Below the pieces are notes generated by a model. It made no database searches. It was not told the origin of the DNA and worked only from the letters and a program-made list of their open reading frames with translations. Positions 18,346 through 29,309 of a stretch of DNA of 64,000 nt are shown here, one piece after another. Origin of the DNA: Bacteroidales bacterium (lineage in GTDB: Bacteria > Bacteroidota > Bacteroidia > Bacteroidales > VadinHA17); NCBI GenBank assembly GCA_021738535.1, contig JAIPBU010000014.1, positions 12,411 to 76,410 on the forward strand, in the 5' to 3' direction. The translations under genes were made by a program, and so were the position numbers. How positions within the stretch are numbered: the first letter of the stretch is position 1; each line of letters opens with the position of its first letter.

Positions 18346-19038
18346 ATGCAAAAAAATTATTGGATAAATTTTTGGAAAGAACATGCAAAAAAATCAAAAG
18401 GCAAAAATAATCAGGTACAAGTATTAAGAACTATTCATAGGAATCCAATCGATACAACAACATGGGAAACAATATTAAAGTTTGTACTTTTTAATTTAGA
18501 TATTAAACATGAGGACATAGTTTTAGATTTATTTGGCGGGAACGGACTGTTTGCTGTTGAAATAGCTAAATACTGCAGACGAGTTGATATTGTGGATGTT
18601 TCTGAAGAATTACTTAATACTATTGATAGAGAAAAATATAATAACATAATAACCAAAGCATCAGATATCAGAAAAATTGCACTTTCTAAAAATGAGTATA
18701 ATAAAATTTTAATTTATGCAGGAATTCAGTATTTAACAAGGAAAGAAACAATAGAATTATTTTTGAAAGTATTTGAAGCATTACAAAAAGGTGGAATCTG
18801 TTATATCGGAGATATTCCAGATGAAAAAAGAATTTGGAATTTTTATAATAATACTGAAAGAGAAGCCTCATATTTTCAAAGTCTTTTAGATAACAGTCCA
18901 CAAATTGGAACTTGGTTTGATGATTTTTGGTTAGAAAAACTCACGAATTTTGTTGGCTTTTCTTCTTTTAGAAAAATTGACCAGAAAAAAGAAATGATCT
19001 ATTCACATTTTAGATTTGATGCTATCATTAAAAAATGA
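18346..19038 (+). CDS. Class I SAM-dependent methyltransferase
   Basis: VLDLFGGNG motif I, LQKGG, YIGDIPD. Confidence 0.82.
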   Translation: MQKNYWINFWKEHAKKSKGKNNQVQVLRTIHRNPIDTTTWETILKFVLFNLDIKHEDIVLDLFGGNGLFAVEIAKYCRRVDIVDVSEELLNTIDREKYNNIITKASDIRKIALSKNEYNKILIYAGIQYLTRKETIELFLKVFEALQKGGICYIGDIPDEKRIWNFYNNTEREASYFQSLLDNSPQIGTWFDDFWLEKLTNFVGFSSFRKIDQKKEMIYSHFRFDAIIKK

Positions 19039-19044
19039 ATCTCT

Positions 19045-19854
19045 ATGATAGACAAAATAATATATATAGGAGGAGTAGCAAGAAGCGGAACGAGTTGGTT
19101 GGGTCAAATATTTGATAGTTTACCATATGTTCGTTATAGATTTCAACCTTTGTTTTCTTATGAATTTAAAGATTGGGTAAACGAAAATTCAACTCACAAG
19201 GAGTTTCAATACTTCTTTAAACAATTATTTAAGGCTAATTCTGAATTTTTAACTCAAACTGATAAAAGGAGAAAAGGGGAGTACCCAAACTTCCAAAAAG
19301 ATAGCATACAAAATGTTCTGGCTTTTAAGGAAAACCGCTATCAAACTATTATAGAACCGATGTTGCGAAAAAATCAAGAGCTATTTTTTCTCGGCATTGT
19401 AAGAAATCCTTGCGGCGTATTAAATTCATGGATGCAAAATGAAAGGGAATTTCCTAAAAACTGTTCTCCATTAAGAGATTGGAGATTTGGCAATTGTAAA
19501 AATCTGGGAAATGAAGATTACTTTGGTTATTATAAATGGAAAGAAGTTGCCCATATGTACTTGGATTTAAAAGACAAATATCCAAGTCGGGTTTATATTG
19601 TAAGATTCGAAGATCTTGTAGAAGAACCCATTAAAAAAACCGATGAGTTACTCAATTTTTGTGGTTTTCGACTGGAAGATCAAACAGAAAAATTTATTTC
19701 AAATAGTACTTCTTCCAAGAATAATACAAGCTATTATTCAGTCTATAAAAATAAAAGAGTTAAGGATAAATGGAAAAGTGAATTAAACCAATATATAGCT
19801 TCAGAAATTATTGAAGACTTAAAGGATACTCGATTAGCTCAATTTTTATTATAG
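19045..19854 (+). CDS. Sulfotransferase
   Basis: 5'-PSB GVARSGTSWL, 3'-PB VRNP..V..S, RFEDLV..P. Confidence 0.88.
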   Translation: MIDKIIYIGGVARSGTSWLGQIFDSLPYVRYRFQPLFSYEFKDWVNENSTHKEFQYFFKQLFKANSEFLTQTDKRRKGEYPNFQKDSIQNVLAFKENRYQTIIEPMLRKNQELFFLGIVRNPCGVLNSWMQNEREFPKNCSPLRDWRFGNCKNLGNEDYFGYYKWKEVAHMYLDLKDKYPSRVYIVRFEDLVEEPIKKTDELLNFCGFRLEDQTEKFISNSTSSKNNTSYYSVYKNKRVKDKWKSELNQYIASEIIEDLKDTRLAQFLL

Positions 19855-19911
19855 TTAATTTAAGTTCTCGTTATCTTAAAAACAATCCAATATCTTGTTT
19901 AGATTATCATT

Positions 19912-21105
19912 ATGAAAAGAGATAACAATATATTATTTATTTCATCTGATATATATTCATTTAATCCTCTTATTAAAATTATTACAGAAGTTGCTAAAAA
20001 AAATGTTGAATTTATTGTTGTCTCAGATAATTTGCAGTATATCAAAATAAAGAAAATTTTTGCTCAATTTCCATATAATTATTACTATAATGATGATTTT
20101 ATAAAAAAACTAAATCGCTATAAAGTTATTGTATTTCTTGGTCTACTTAAGGAGCACGTATATTTGATTAACAAGATTAAAAAGGATATTAATGTATTAT
20201 GGATATTTATTGGCGCAGACGGCTTATATATTAATAAATTTAAAAATCGTTGGGAAACAAAAGAAACAAAAGACTTAATTAGTGAAACAAATTTTAAAAA
20301 CAGATTTATTCAAAAAATCAAGGATATATCTTCAGATACTCTATTATACGAATTGTATTATTGCTCACGAAACGGATATTTTACACTTAATCATGAAAAA
20401 TTGAAAGCAATAAAAAGAGTTGACTATATTGCTCCTGTTATTGAAGACGATTATTATATTTTAAAACGCTCGCTAAAAATCAAAGCGGAATTAATACCTT
20501 TCTCTATTGGTTCACTAAAAACTTTATTAAACGATGAAACCTTTAAAAATTCTGAAATAACAAGGCAAAACATCCTCCTAGGAAATTCTGCTGATCCAAC
20601 TAACAACCATATTAACATTTTTAATCTTCTTAACGAGACAGACTTCAATGGTAAGATTATTTGTCCATTAAGCTATGGTAATGAAAAGTACAGAGATATC
20701 ATTATTAGAAAAGGGAAACAGTACTTTGGAGATCAATTTTATCCTTTGCTCGAATTTATGCCCATCAAAGAATATCAGAAAATCATTAATTCCTGTAGCA
20801 TAATTGTAATGAATCATTTGCGCCAGCAAGCTATGGGTAATATTAATTCAGGATTATATCAGGGTAAAAAAGTATTTTTAAATGATAACAATTATACTCG
20901 TAACTTTTATGACCGTATCGGAGTTATAACCCACTCCATCCAGAAGGAATTAAAGAAATCCATACAGGATAATGATTTTGCAGAAAGAGACAGTGTCGTA
21001 ATAAATAATAGGATCCAACTTGAAAAACATTATTCACATGAAGCGGTGTTGAAAAAGACTGAAACTTTATTAAAAACAATTTCTAAGGGCTGTGAAAGAA
21101 AGTAA
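19912..21105 (+). CDS. TDP-Fuc4NAc transferase (WecF/GT56)-like glycosyltransferase
   Basis: ILLGNSADPTNNH, CPLSYG, MNHLRQQAMGN, GKKVFL. Confidence 0.8.
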   Translation: MKRDNNILFISSDIYSFNPLIKIITEVAKKNVEFIVVSDNLQYIKIKKIFAQFPYNYYYNDDFIKKLNRYKVIVFLGLLKEHVYLINKIKKDINVLWIFIGADGLYINKFKNRWETKETKDLISETNFKNRFIQKIKDISSDTLLYELYYCSRNGYFTLNHEKLKAIKRVDYIAPVIEDDYYILKRSLKIKAELIPFSIGSLKTLLNDETFKNSEITRQNILLGNSADPTNNHINIFNLLNETDFNGKIICPLSYGNEKYRDIIIRKGKQYFGDQFYPLLEFMPIKEYQKIINSCSIIVMNHLRQQAMGNINSGLYQGKKVFLNDNNYTRNFYDRIGVITHSIQKELKKSIQDNDFAERDSVVINNRIQLEKHYSHEAVLKKTETLLKTISKGCERK

Positions 21106-22564
21106 CCTAAAAGCTCTTTTTAAAGATTCCAGCATTTACGGAATTGGGAATGTCATTAAGAAAATGGTCGGTCTTTTGTTAGTTCCTTTTTATACACGTG
21201 CGCTTTCTCCTGAGCAATTTGGCATTTTGAATACTTTGGGGATTCTTGTTAGTATGATGGTTATTGTGGGAAATGCAGGTATGCTTGGAGCTACAAAGAG
21301 ATACTTTTTTAAGGCACCTTTTGGGGAAAGAGAGACTGTAATTGCTACAGGATTGATAATTTCCGTAGGTATAGTTTGTACTATGGTCTTATCTTTGTTA
21401 CCTTTTTCAACTACTATTTCACAACTCCTGTTTAATACAGATGTGCATTCGTTATTAATTATAATAACTTTAATGCTAGTAATAACAACCGTTTTAATAC
21501 GCTATAATGATCAGATATTTCGATTATATCGCCAACCCCAAAAGTATTTGTTCGTGATGAGTTTTCGGGCAATTATTAATCCTGCATTGGGAATTTTATT
21601 GGTAGTTGTTTTAAGTATGGGGGTACTAGGTGCACAACTTGCGTCACTTTTAGCCATAATTTCAGTTTTATTATTTAGTTTTTTCCTCTTCACCAAAAGT
21701 AAAATTCGCCTATCCTTTGATAAAAGATGGGCAAAAAAAATGCTTTTGTACGGGATACCATTCATTGGAGCCGGACTTGCACAATGGATTTACACATCTT
21801 CTGACCGGATTTTTCTGGCTCACTATGCCGATTATGATGACGTTGGCTATTATTCTATAGCTCAAACATTTGCCCAACCCATTCAACTCATTAATATGAC
21901 TTTAGCAATGAGTTTTAGTGTGTTAATGATGTCGAATTATGAATCAGAAACAGACATTAATAAACCAAAAACAAAAAAATTTCTGATTCAGACATGGAAA
22001 GCATACATTGTGATAGCGGCAAGTATCATGTTGTTTTTATCGGTTTTCGCAACCGATTTACTTAACTTTATCACTACTCCGGAATATTCACTTGGTGCCT
22101 TAGGCATACCATTTCATTGTATATCCATGATTCTTTATCAGAGCGGACAAACAACAGGTGGTGGGATGGCGATTAAGGAGAAAACAAAACCTTATATGTG
22201 GGCTATGTTTATAACCGCTGGTATAAATCTAGTACTTAATTTTATTTTTATTCCGCTTTATGGTTTTATAGGTGCTTTGGCATCAACAATGCTATCGCAG
22301 CTATTATATCTGATCATCATTTACAACTGGTCACAAAAATATTTTAAGGTAGACCATCAAGTAATAAGCATTAGTTTATTATTAATATTGTTTCTTATGA
22401 TTGGGGCTTTTTTCCCTTTTGCCCAGTTAAAATATAACATAGACATCTCTGTTTGGTATAAAATAGCAGTGTTTTTTCTTGTTTTACCTCTACCTTTTGT
22501 TTTTGGCCTGGTAAAATTTGAAACATTGAGAAGAATTTATTTATTGATTAAATCAAAAATTTGA
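21092..22564 (+). CDS. wzx: Polysaccharide flippase
   Basis: Multi-TM protein; LLVPFYTRALSPEQFG, SSDRIFL, VGYYS, NLVLNFIFIPLYG..GA. Confidence 0.88.
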   Translation: MKESNLKALFKDSSIYGIGNVIKKMVGLLLVPFYTRALSPEQFGILNTLGILVSMMVIVGNAGMLGATKRYFFKAPFGERETVIATGLIISVGIVCTMVLSLLPFSTTISQLLFNTDVHSLLIIITLMLVITTVLIRYNDQIFRLYRQPQKYLFVMSFRAIINPALGILLVVVLSMGVLGAQLASLLAIISVLLFSFFLFTKSKIRLSFDKRWAKKMLLYGIPFIGAGLAQWIYTSSDRIFLAHYADYDDVGYYSIAQTFAQPIQLINMTLAMSFSVLMMSNYESETDINKPKTKKFLIQTWKAYIVIAASIMLFLSVFATDLLNFITTPEYSLGALGIPFHCISMILYQSGQTTGGGMAIKEKTKPYMWAMFITAGINLVLNFIFIPLYGFIGALASTMLSQLLYLIIIYNWSQKYFKVDHQVISISLLLILFLMIGAFFPFAQLKYNIDISVWYKIAVFFLVLPLPFVFGLVKFETLRRIYLLIKSKI

Positions 22565-23020
22565 TCGAATTTACTTGAGCCATACTCGGTTTTCTTCATA
22601 CATCTCCATTATTTTAATGAAGGGCTATAGTGTGTGAAATAAATATAGTTTATCATTGATAGCTCTCCTGCACGAAGAGGAGAGGGTTATCCAATAACCT
22701 TAATTAAAAATTTAAATGGATAAATCTGAAGAAGTACATTATAATATGTAATAATACATTAGTGTCCGCTTAAAGCTTTATTGAATATTCTGAACCCCTT
22801 GGTAAACCTAGCTTACAGAGCAATTTATTTAAGAGACGAATTCAATTTAGAAATCGAAATATCTTTTTGTTTTATAAAAATGAAGCATTGATAATCAAAT
22901 TGTTGTAAAATTATTAATTGCTCATAGAAAATTTATCGGAAACTAGGGGTAATAATAATCCAAATCGCCAGACGCATATGGTTAAAGGAATGCTTTTAGG
23001 ACAAAAGAAGGCTTTTTAAT

Positions 23021-24247
23021 ATGAGGACAATTACGTATAATTACGAAGGGAAAAACGCGATTTTACTGATTAATTTAAAAGCTACGCTTGGGGGTGCAAC
23101 AAAAAGATATATAAATTTATTTAACTATATATCAAAAGAAAATAATAACTATTATCTAATAATTAATAAAGAACTTTACAGCAAGTTTTCAAACGCAAAT
23201 TTACTTGAGAATAATAAAAATATAATTATAATAAACCTAAGTAATACAAAAAGAACGAATAAACCATCAACCTCACGTAGTAATATAATTGGAAAATTAA
23301 AAAAAAGAAGAAAAATTAAATTATTAAGTCAAATAAAAAACTTCTTACTTCAATTTAATGTTTGGTTGTGCTTTGTCATGAGAATCTGGGCTATTTTAAA
23401 AGATTATAAATTTAAGAATATATATTCAATATATACAGGGGGAATTTGGATTTGGCCATTAAAATACTTTCATGATTTTAATTTAATACATAGCTATAAC
23501 GATTCTCTTTTATCGCATACAAGCAAAAATATTTTAATGTTTTTTAACTCCGAATATTGGGTGCTGAAGAATAGTGATAAAATTGATTTTCTATCTCAAG
23601 GCATAATTCCTAGATTGGAAAATAAAATAAGTGCCATTAAGAAAGAAAAAGTATTTATATCTCCCAATAGCTTTATAGATTATAATCTATATTTCCCAAA
23701 ATATCCAAAAGAAGATAGTGTATTATTTCTTTCAAGAATGGAGGCAGGAAAAAATCCAATTTTGTTTTTTGAAAGTGTCAAGATTTTTAGAAATCAATTT
23801 CCGGAATTTAATAATATTAAATTTTATATCATTGGTGGAGGTTTTTTAAGTTTGAAATTACGTCAACTTGTAAGTGAAGAAGAACTGATAAATGTTTTCT
23901 ATGAAGAAGAAGTTGTTAGACCATATGAATACTTAAGAAGTTCAAAGGTGTTTATTTCAATTCAAGAAATGGAAAACTATCCAAGCCAATCGTTAATTGA
24001 AGCTATGGCATGTGAAAATGCAATTATAGCTAGTGATGTAGGAGAGACTCACTTACTAGTTTCTGACGATGTTGGAATAAGAGTAGCTCTTAATGCTCAA
24101 GAAATAGCAAATGCTATTTATTATCTATTTAATAATTCTGTATTGCTTAGAGAGCAAGCGAAAAGCGCAAGGAAGAAAGTATTAAACACACATAATATTG
24201 ACAATTTTTTAAAACATTTTTATAAACTGTTTGACGAAACTCTATGA
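23021..24247 (+). CDS. Glycosyltransferase family 4
   Basis: LSRM...KNP, ENYPSQSLIEAMAC...IIASDVG. Confidence 0.85.
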   Translation: MRTITYNYEGKNAILLINLKATLGGATKRYINLFNYISKENNNYYLIINKELYSKFSNANLLENNKNIIIINLSNTKRTNKPSTSRSNIIGKLKKRRKIKLLSQIKNFLLQFNVWLCFVMRIWAILKDYKFKNIYSIYTGGIWIWPLKYFHDFNLIHSYNDSLLSHTSKNILMFFNSEYWVLKNSDKIDFLSQGIIPRLENKISAIKKEKVFISPNSFIDYNLYFPKYPKEDSVLFLSRMEAGKNPILFFESVKIFRNQFPEFNNIKFYIIGGGFLSLKLRQLVSEEELINVFYEEEVVRPYEYLRSSKVFISIQEMENYPSQSLIEAMACENAIIASDVGETHLLVSDDVGIRVALNAQEIANAIYYLFNNSVLLREQAKSARKKVLNTHNIDNFLKHFYKLFDETL

Positions 24248-24897
24248 AATCAGTTTTTAAAGAATTTGATCGGTTCTTATTTAAGAAATTTAACTCTCAA
24301 TACATTAAAATGCTTGAAGATGAATTATCTGAATGTGATTCTTTTCTCGATTTGGGTTGCGGGGAAAGATCTCCTTTAAGCAATACAAAAGTTAGGTTTA
24401 ATTATAGTGTTGGAGTTGATAGTTTTGAGCAATCACTAATAGAAAATCGTAAGAATAAGACCTATAATGAATATCTTAATCTGGATATTAAAGATATAGA
24501 GAAAAAATTTGAAGCTAATTCCTTTGATTGTATTGCGACCTTCGATGTAATTGAGCATATAAGTAAGTCGGATGGCTTAGAGCTAATTGATAAAATGACA
24601 AAGATTGCAAAAAAGAAAATAATAATATTTACACCTAACGGTTTTTTACCTCAAGAACCATTTGATGGTAATATTTATCAGGAGCATATTTCAGGTTGGG
24701 AAATTGAAGAAATGAAAGACCTGGGCTTCAGAGTATATGGCGTAAATGGATTTAAGATTTTTAGAAAAGGTTATAAAACGCAAATAAGATGGAAGCCAAT
24801 GTGGTTTTGGGAACGAATTTCTAAATTGTCGCAGATACTTTCTACAAGAAATCCCAAATGGGCTTTTCAAATTTTATGTATAAAGGATATCAGATAA
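24244..24897 (+). CDS. Class I SAM-dependent methyltransferase
   Basis: LDLGCG, SFD...FDVIEHI, IIFTPNG. Confidence 0.85.
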   Translation: MKSVFKEFDRFLFKKFNSQYIKMLEDELSECDSFLDLGCGERSPLSNTKVRFNYSVGVDSFEQSLIENRKNKTYNEYLNLDIKDIEKKFEANSFDCIATFDVIEHISKSDGLELIDKMTKIAKKKIIIFTPNGFLPQEPFDGNIYQEHISGWEIEEMKDLGFRVYGVNGFKIFRKGYKTQIRWKPMWFWERISKLSQILSTRNPKWAFQILCIKDIR

Positions 24898-24939
24898 AAG
24901 GCAATACAATTTCTTCTTTAAGCTAAAATATCACGTTTA

Positions 24940-26340
24940 ATGTTATTGTTTGCAGCAATTATAATTGTTTTTTTAATTTTTTCAATCAGATATCCTGATT
25001 TTATGTTTTGGCTGGCTGTAACTATTCTTCTAGATCCGGGAGGGTATGTGCAAACATATTTCACCAGAAGTGCTATTGGGGGCTTACAGTTATGGGATCT
25101 TCAGTTTGTTTTACTTATGATTCCTTTAATTTCACCAAAGATTAAGGTTTCTTTTTTTTTTAAGTTTAAAGATAACTGTTGGATGTTTTTTTTCCTTTTC
25201 TTTTATGCTCTTGTATATCATGTTTTTGTATATGGTTATTTAATGACAGATGCAAGCTTAAGTTCTTTACTGGCTTTTTTGCAATACGAACGCTTAACAA
25301 TTGTGGGCTTTGTTGCAATTTTGCCAGCGTATATATTTTTTAGAAGGAGTTATAGGCGATTAGTTAAATTCGCCCTTGTTACTTCAATTGCAGTAGCCTC
25401 TTTTTTTTTAATTCGCATATTTACGCAATTGCCTATTATTCCTGTTGTACAGTACTCAAGAGAGTTTTCAGGAGCTATGCGGATAATACTGGTAAGTTAT
25501 GGCTTTGCTTATTGGTTTATAGGCGTTTCGGTTGTTATTATGCTGTATAATATTCGAGTCGCTCATAAATCAGCTATATATTTTATTGGAATATCGATTG
25601 TCTTCGCAATTATTCTCACATTAACCCGTCGCTCTGTAATTAGCTTAATGTTTTTTGTTTTTGTTATATACTTTATTCGTCAGCGCTTTCATAATAAATT
25701 TCTTCTATCGGGTAAGCTGAATAAAGTTTTTATCTCTTTGCTAACGGTATTACTGTTTGTTTTTCTTGTAACTCCGCAATATATTGGTTACACTATACAG
25801 GGCTTAGAGAGTGTTGTTGTTTTGGCCGCAACTGGAGAATATGAAGGGGGTATGGAAGATGACAGATTAGCGCATGATATTCCACAACATCTGGCCCGTT
25901 TTAAAAGCTCTCCTATACTGGGTTATGGTTATGATGCTACATGGTATTCAAACAATGCTGAAGAAGGAGGTATAAGTGCCAACGATGTTCCTCTTACGGC
26001 AGCATTGGGAATGTACGGTATCTTGGGTTTAGTTATCTATTTGTTTTTTTATTTCAAACTCTTCAAAATAATGTATAAAACATATAGAATCTTGAAAGTA
26101 GGTTATTTCTCAGGTATAACGCACAAATATCCTGTATTATTTGTAATTTGCTTGACCTTATTAGTGAGTTTGATCAGCCGTTTCACTATCAATTTTATGG
26201 GCTATTTTAGCGATCTTATTCAAGGCGTACCAAGAGTAATCTTCATGTTATTCATTGGCTTTTTCCTCGCTTCTCGGGACATGATATATTCAGTATTACA
26301 AAAAAACAAAAAATCAATACCTAATTTTCAGCATGAATGA
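24940..26340 (+). CDS. wzy: Probable polysaccharide polymerase (Wzy/O-antigen ligase family)
   Basis: About 11 TM segments, LTLTRR, periplasmic loop with PILGYG, GILG. Confidence 0.7.
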   Translation: MLLFAAIIIVFLIFSIRYPDFMFWLAVTILLDPGGYVQTYFTRSAIGGLQLWDLQFVLLMIPLISPKIKVSFFFKFKDNCWMFFFLFFYALVYHVFVYGYLMTDASLSSLLAFLQYERLTIVGFVAILPAYIFFRRSYRRLVKFALVTSIAVASFFLIRIFTQLPIIPVVQYSREFSGAMRIILVSYGFAYWFIGVSVVIMLYNIRVAHKSAIYFIGISIVFAIILTLTRRSVISLMFFVFVIYFIRQRFHNKFLLSGKLNKVFISLLTVLLFVFLVTPQYIGYTIQGLESVVVLAATGEYEGGMEDDRLAHDIPQHLARFKSSPILGYGYDATWYSNNAEEGGISANDVPLTAALGMYGILGLVIYLFFYFKLFKIMYKTYRILKVGYFSGITHKYPVLFVICLTLLVSLISRFTINFMGYFSDLIQGVPRVIFMLFIGFFLASRDMIYSVLQKNKKSIPNFQHE

Positions 26341-27244
26341 TAAATCTGTATTTATAGTTATACTTAATTATAATCATTTGGAGGATCTACAAGAGACAAT
26401 ATACTCATTCTTAAAGCAGGATTATCCGAATTTACAAATTGTAGTATCGGATAATGGCTCATCTGATGGCAGCATTAATTGGTTAAAAGCAGAGCAACCG
26501 GGGATTGTAATATTAGAAAACGGTGAAAATTTAGGTTGGGCCGAAGGTAATAATGTAGGAATAAGGTATGCCCTGGGAAAAAAAGCAGATTATGTAGTAT
26601 TAGCTAATAACGATATATTTTTTGATAATAAGCGGCTAATAGCAGAACTAATATCTTATTATAAGAAATTTAATAAAGTTATAATAGGTCCTAAACAAAT
26701 TTATTATTATAACCCTACTTCTACTTTTACCGAGGGACGCATATTTATGAAAAATGAAATAGTAGATTTTAATAATTTACGCGTATTGTTCGACAAATCG
26801 CAGTTTCCCGAAAATTTCAATATAGTTGACTATGTTCCAGGTAGTTTTATGTTAATTCCTTCTGAGTTATTTCATAAAATTGGATTAATAGATTCTGACT
26901 ATTTTCTATATGGCGAGGATACTGATTTTTCTTTTCGTGCATGGCAAGTAGGATATGCCTCTGTTGTTGATAGAAATTTAATTATTAAGCACAAAGTTTC
27001 TGCTACTGCATCAGGTAGTTTAAGTAAAGTCAAAGTGTATTATCAGGCAAGAAACTCATGGTTCTTAATAAAGAAGCATTATGCATTAACAAATAATATT
27101 TTATTTTTCAAAAAAAATCTAATTATTAAGAGTATTAAACGATTAGTAAAATATGTGATTAAAGGCCGGATTAACTTAATGCACGCTTTTCTTATTGGCA
27201 CTTTACATGGTATTACTAGTAATGACAAAGGCAAATATTTTTAA
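26333..27244 (+). CDS. Glycosyltransferase family 2
   Basis: VILNYN, DNGSSDGS, ENLGWAEGNN, NND, YFLYGEDTD, YYQARN. Confidence 0.9.
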   Translation: MNDKSVFIVILNYNHLEDLQETIYSFLKQDYPNLQIVVSDNGSSDGSINWLKAEQPGIVILENGENLGWAEGNNVGIRYALGKKADYVVLANNDIFFDNKRLIAELISYYKKFNKVIIGPKQIYYYNPTSTFTEGRIFMKNEIVDFNNLRVLFDKSQFPENFNIVDYVPGSFMLIPSELFHKIGLIDSDYFLYGEDTDFSFRAWQVGYASVVDRNLIIKHKVSATASGSLSKVKVYYQARNSWFLIKKHYALTNNILFFKKNLIIKSIKRLVKYVIKGRINLMHAFLIGTLHGITSNDKGKYF

Positions 27245-27247
27245 TTT

Positions 27248-27513
27248 AAGAACCAGTTTATTTTTATTGGGGGGGGCTTCTAGTCAATGTAAAATTGTTT
27301 TCTTTGATGATCTAGAAAATAACCCTGAAAAAATAATGAGTAAGTAGTTGAATTTATAAAAGGGATTAATTCAAACGACATAAATAATGAAGATTTGACA
27401 GGGAGAGTTAACGCGGCGCGGTCATCTTATATGGATAATGAAACAAAAAGATTTATTGCTGAAGAGATGTTTCCTTTAATGAAAAATCAGGCAAAAGCTT
27501 TTCGTAGTTATTA
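27248..27513 (+). pseudogene. Eroded sulfotransferase remnant
   Basis: Fragments read NQFIF.IGGAS and KIVFFDDLENNPEKIMSK*, matching the PSB start and the xEDL..P motif. Confidence 0.45.
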
Positions 27514-27563
27514 AGAGTTATGGTATAAAGAAGCATTTAAATATTTAAAAAAGACATGTAGAA

Positions 27564-28346
27564 TTGAAAAAAATTATATTTATAGGAGGCACTAGTAGAT
27601 GTGGATCAACACTTTTAGATTTAATTTTAGCAAATGACCCCAAAGCTTTTTCTTTAGGAGAAATACATGCTCTATTTCATCCAACTAGAAAACATCATTT
27701 TGAAGAAATAGAAAAGCTTCAAAAAAATTCAATTTGGAACAAGATACTTGAAGAAGGTAAACGTAATCTCTATTCAAATTTAGTTAAGTATTTTCCTCAT
27801 ATAAATATTTTTATTGATTCCTCAAAAGACCCTTATTGGATTAACTATCATCAGCATAAAAACACCAATAAATGTATATTTAAAAATATTCTTATACATA
27901 AGACTCCGGAAGAATTAGCGAAGTCTTTTTATAAACGTAATTTAGGTGACAGATGGATTAGAGCATATATTTCCTATCATAGGAAATACTTTGCTTTAAT
28001 AGATAGTTTTATTTCCATCAAGTATAAAGATTTTGTGACTGATGATAGAGCACTAAAGGTGCTATGCAAGAGGCTAGGTTTGATGTATTTCGCCGACAAA
28101 AAAAAATATTGGGAGAGTCATCAGGAAACCTTCTTTGGGAGTAATTCGGTAAGAAGAAAAATAAATGAAACAGGTAAAGGTGTATACAGGAATGATATTA
28201 CATATGATAATGATATAGGAAAAGACTTAATTGAAAAATCGAAATTAGGTTTTAATAAGGCGAGAATAATTGCTGTTATTTTTTGGAAGAAAATATATAG
28301 GATATATAGATATCATATACCAAAAGATATCATTATACAACAATGA
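27564..28346 (+). CDS. Sulfotransferase
   Basis: IFIGGTSRCGSTLLDLIL, LGEI, IDSSK. Confidence 0.8.
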   Translation: MKKIIFIGGTSRCGSTLLDLILANDPKAFSLGEIHALFHPTRKHHFEEIEKLQKNSIWNKILEEGKRNLYSNLVKYFPHINIFIDSSKDPYWINYHQHKNTNKCIFKNILIHKTPEELAKSFYKRNLGDRWIRAYISYHRKYFALIDSFISIKYKDFVTDDRALKVLCKRLGLMYFADKKKYWESHQETFFGSNSVRRKINETGKGVYRNDITYDNDIGKDLIEKSKLGFNKARIIAVIFWKKIYRIYRYHIPKDIIIQQ

Positions 28347-29305
28347 TAAGTTTCATCATTATAGGTAGAAATGAGGAGAAGCACTTACCTAAATGTTTGA
28401 AAAGTGTTTTTGAAACAATAATCAAGAATTCACTTAGAAAATTTGAAGTTTTATATGTAGATTCACAATCTACGGATAATAGTACTGATGTAGTAAAAAA
28501 GTATCCTTTTGTTAAAATCATTCAACTGACAGGAGATGTCAATTCAGCGGTTGCCAGAAATGTAGGAGCCAAGGAGAGTAAAGGGAACGTATTATTTTTT
28601 ATTGATGGTGATATGGAAATTGTACCTTCTTTTTTAGAATTGGTGTATTCGGAGTCTGGAGGAATGAAATATAGTTTTGTTTCAGGGCAGTTTGTTGATA
28701 TCGAGAACGCGAATAGTAGCAATTACATTGGGAAAGCATATCATAAAATTGAAAAGAATTTTAAAAAGCAATACACAACCGGTGGATTATTTCTTATTTC
28801 AAAAAGAATTTGGGATTCTGTTGGAGGAATGAGAAACAAACTAAAAAGAAATCAGGATATAGATTTTGGTATTAGGTTGGCAGGGAATGGTGTGTTTCTA
28901 ATTCGGTTAAGTGATGTTCTGGCATACCACTATACAATTTCTTATCGTAATCCTAAAAGAATGTTTAAGCTTATCTACAGTGGAGATGACCTTTACAGAT
29001 GTGAATTGCTTAGAAATAATTTTCTAAACAAATATCAATGGAGATATTTCTTGAGAGAAAATTATACTATGATATTTCTTATCATAGCAACCATTCTCGC
29101 AGTAATAACTAATTTATACATTAGTTTATTTGGTTATCTCGCAATAATAATAATTAGAGTTATTACTAAAACTAATATAAGTTTTTGGAATAGAATTTTG
29201 GTTGGAATATATTATTTGGCAAGAGATTTATGTGTTTTTATGGGTATATTCTTTTTTTGGCCTCGTATACCTAAAAATATTACATACAAGTTTATGAAAT
29301 CTTAA
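28343..29305 (+). CDS. Glycosyltransferase family 2
   Basis: IIIGRNEE, YVDSQSTD, ARNVG, FIDGD; C-terminal TM segments. Confidence 0.88.
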   Translation: MISFIIIGRNEEKHLPKCLKSVFETIIKNSLRKFEVLYVDSQSTDNSTDVVKKYPFVKIIQLTGDVNSAVARNVGAKESKGNVLFFIDGDMEIVPSFLELVYSESGGMKYSFVSGQFVDIENANSSNYIGKAYHKIEKNFKKQYTTGGLFLISKRIWDSVGGMRNKLKRNQDIDFGIRLAGNGVFLIRLSDVLAYHYTISYRNPKRMFKLIYSGDDLYRCELLRNNFLNKYQWRYFLRENYTMIFLIIATILAVITNLYISLFGYLAIIIIRVITKTNISFWNRILVGIYYLARDLCVFMGIFFFWPRIPKNITYKFMKS

Positions 29306-29309
29306 TCTT

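Noticed and set aside
22565-23020. Possible glycosyltransferase remnant (…FRNRNIFLFYK…KGMLLG…)
   Set aside because: Too fragmentary to assign without a search
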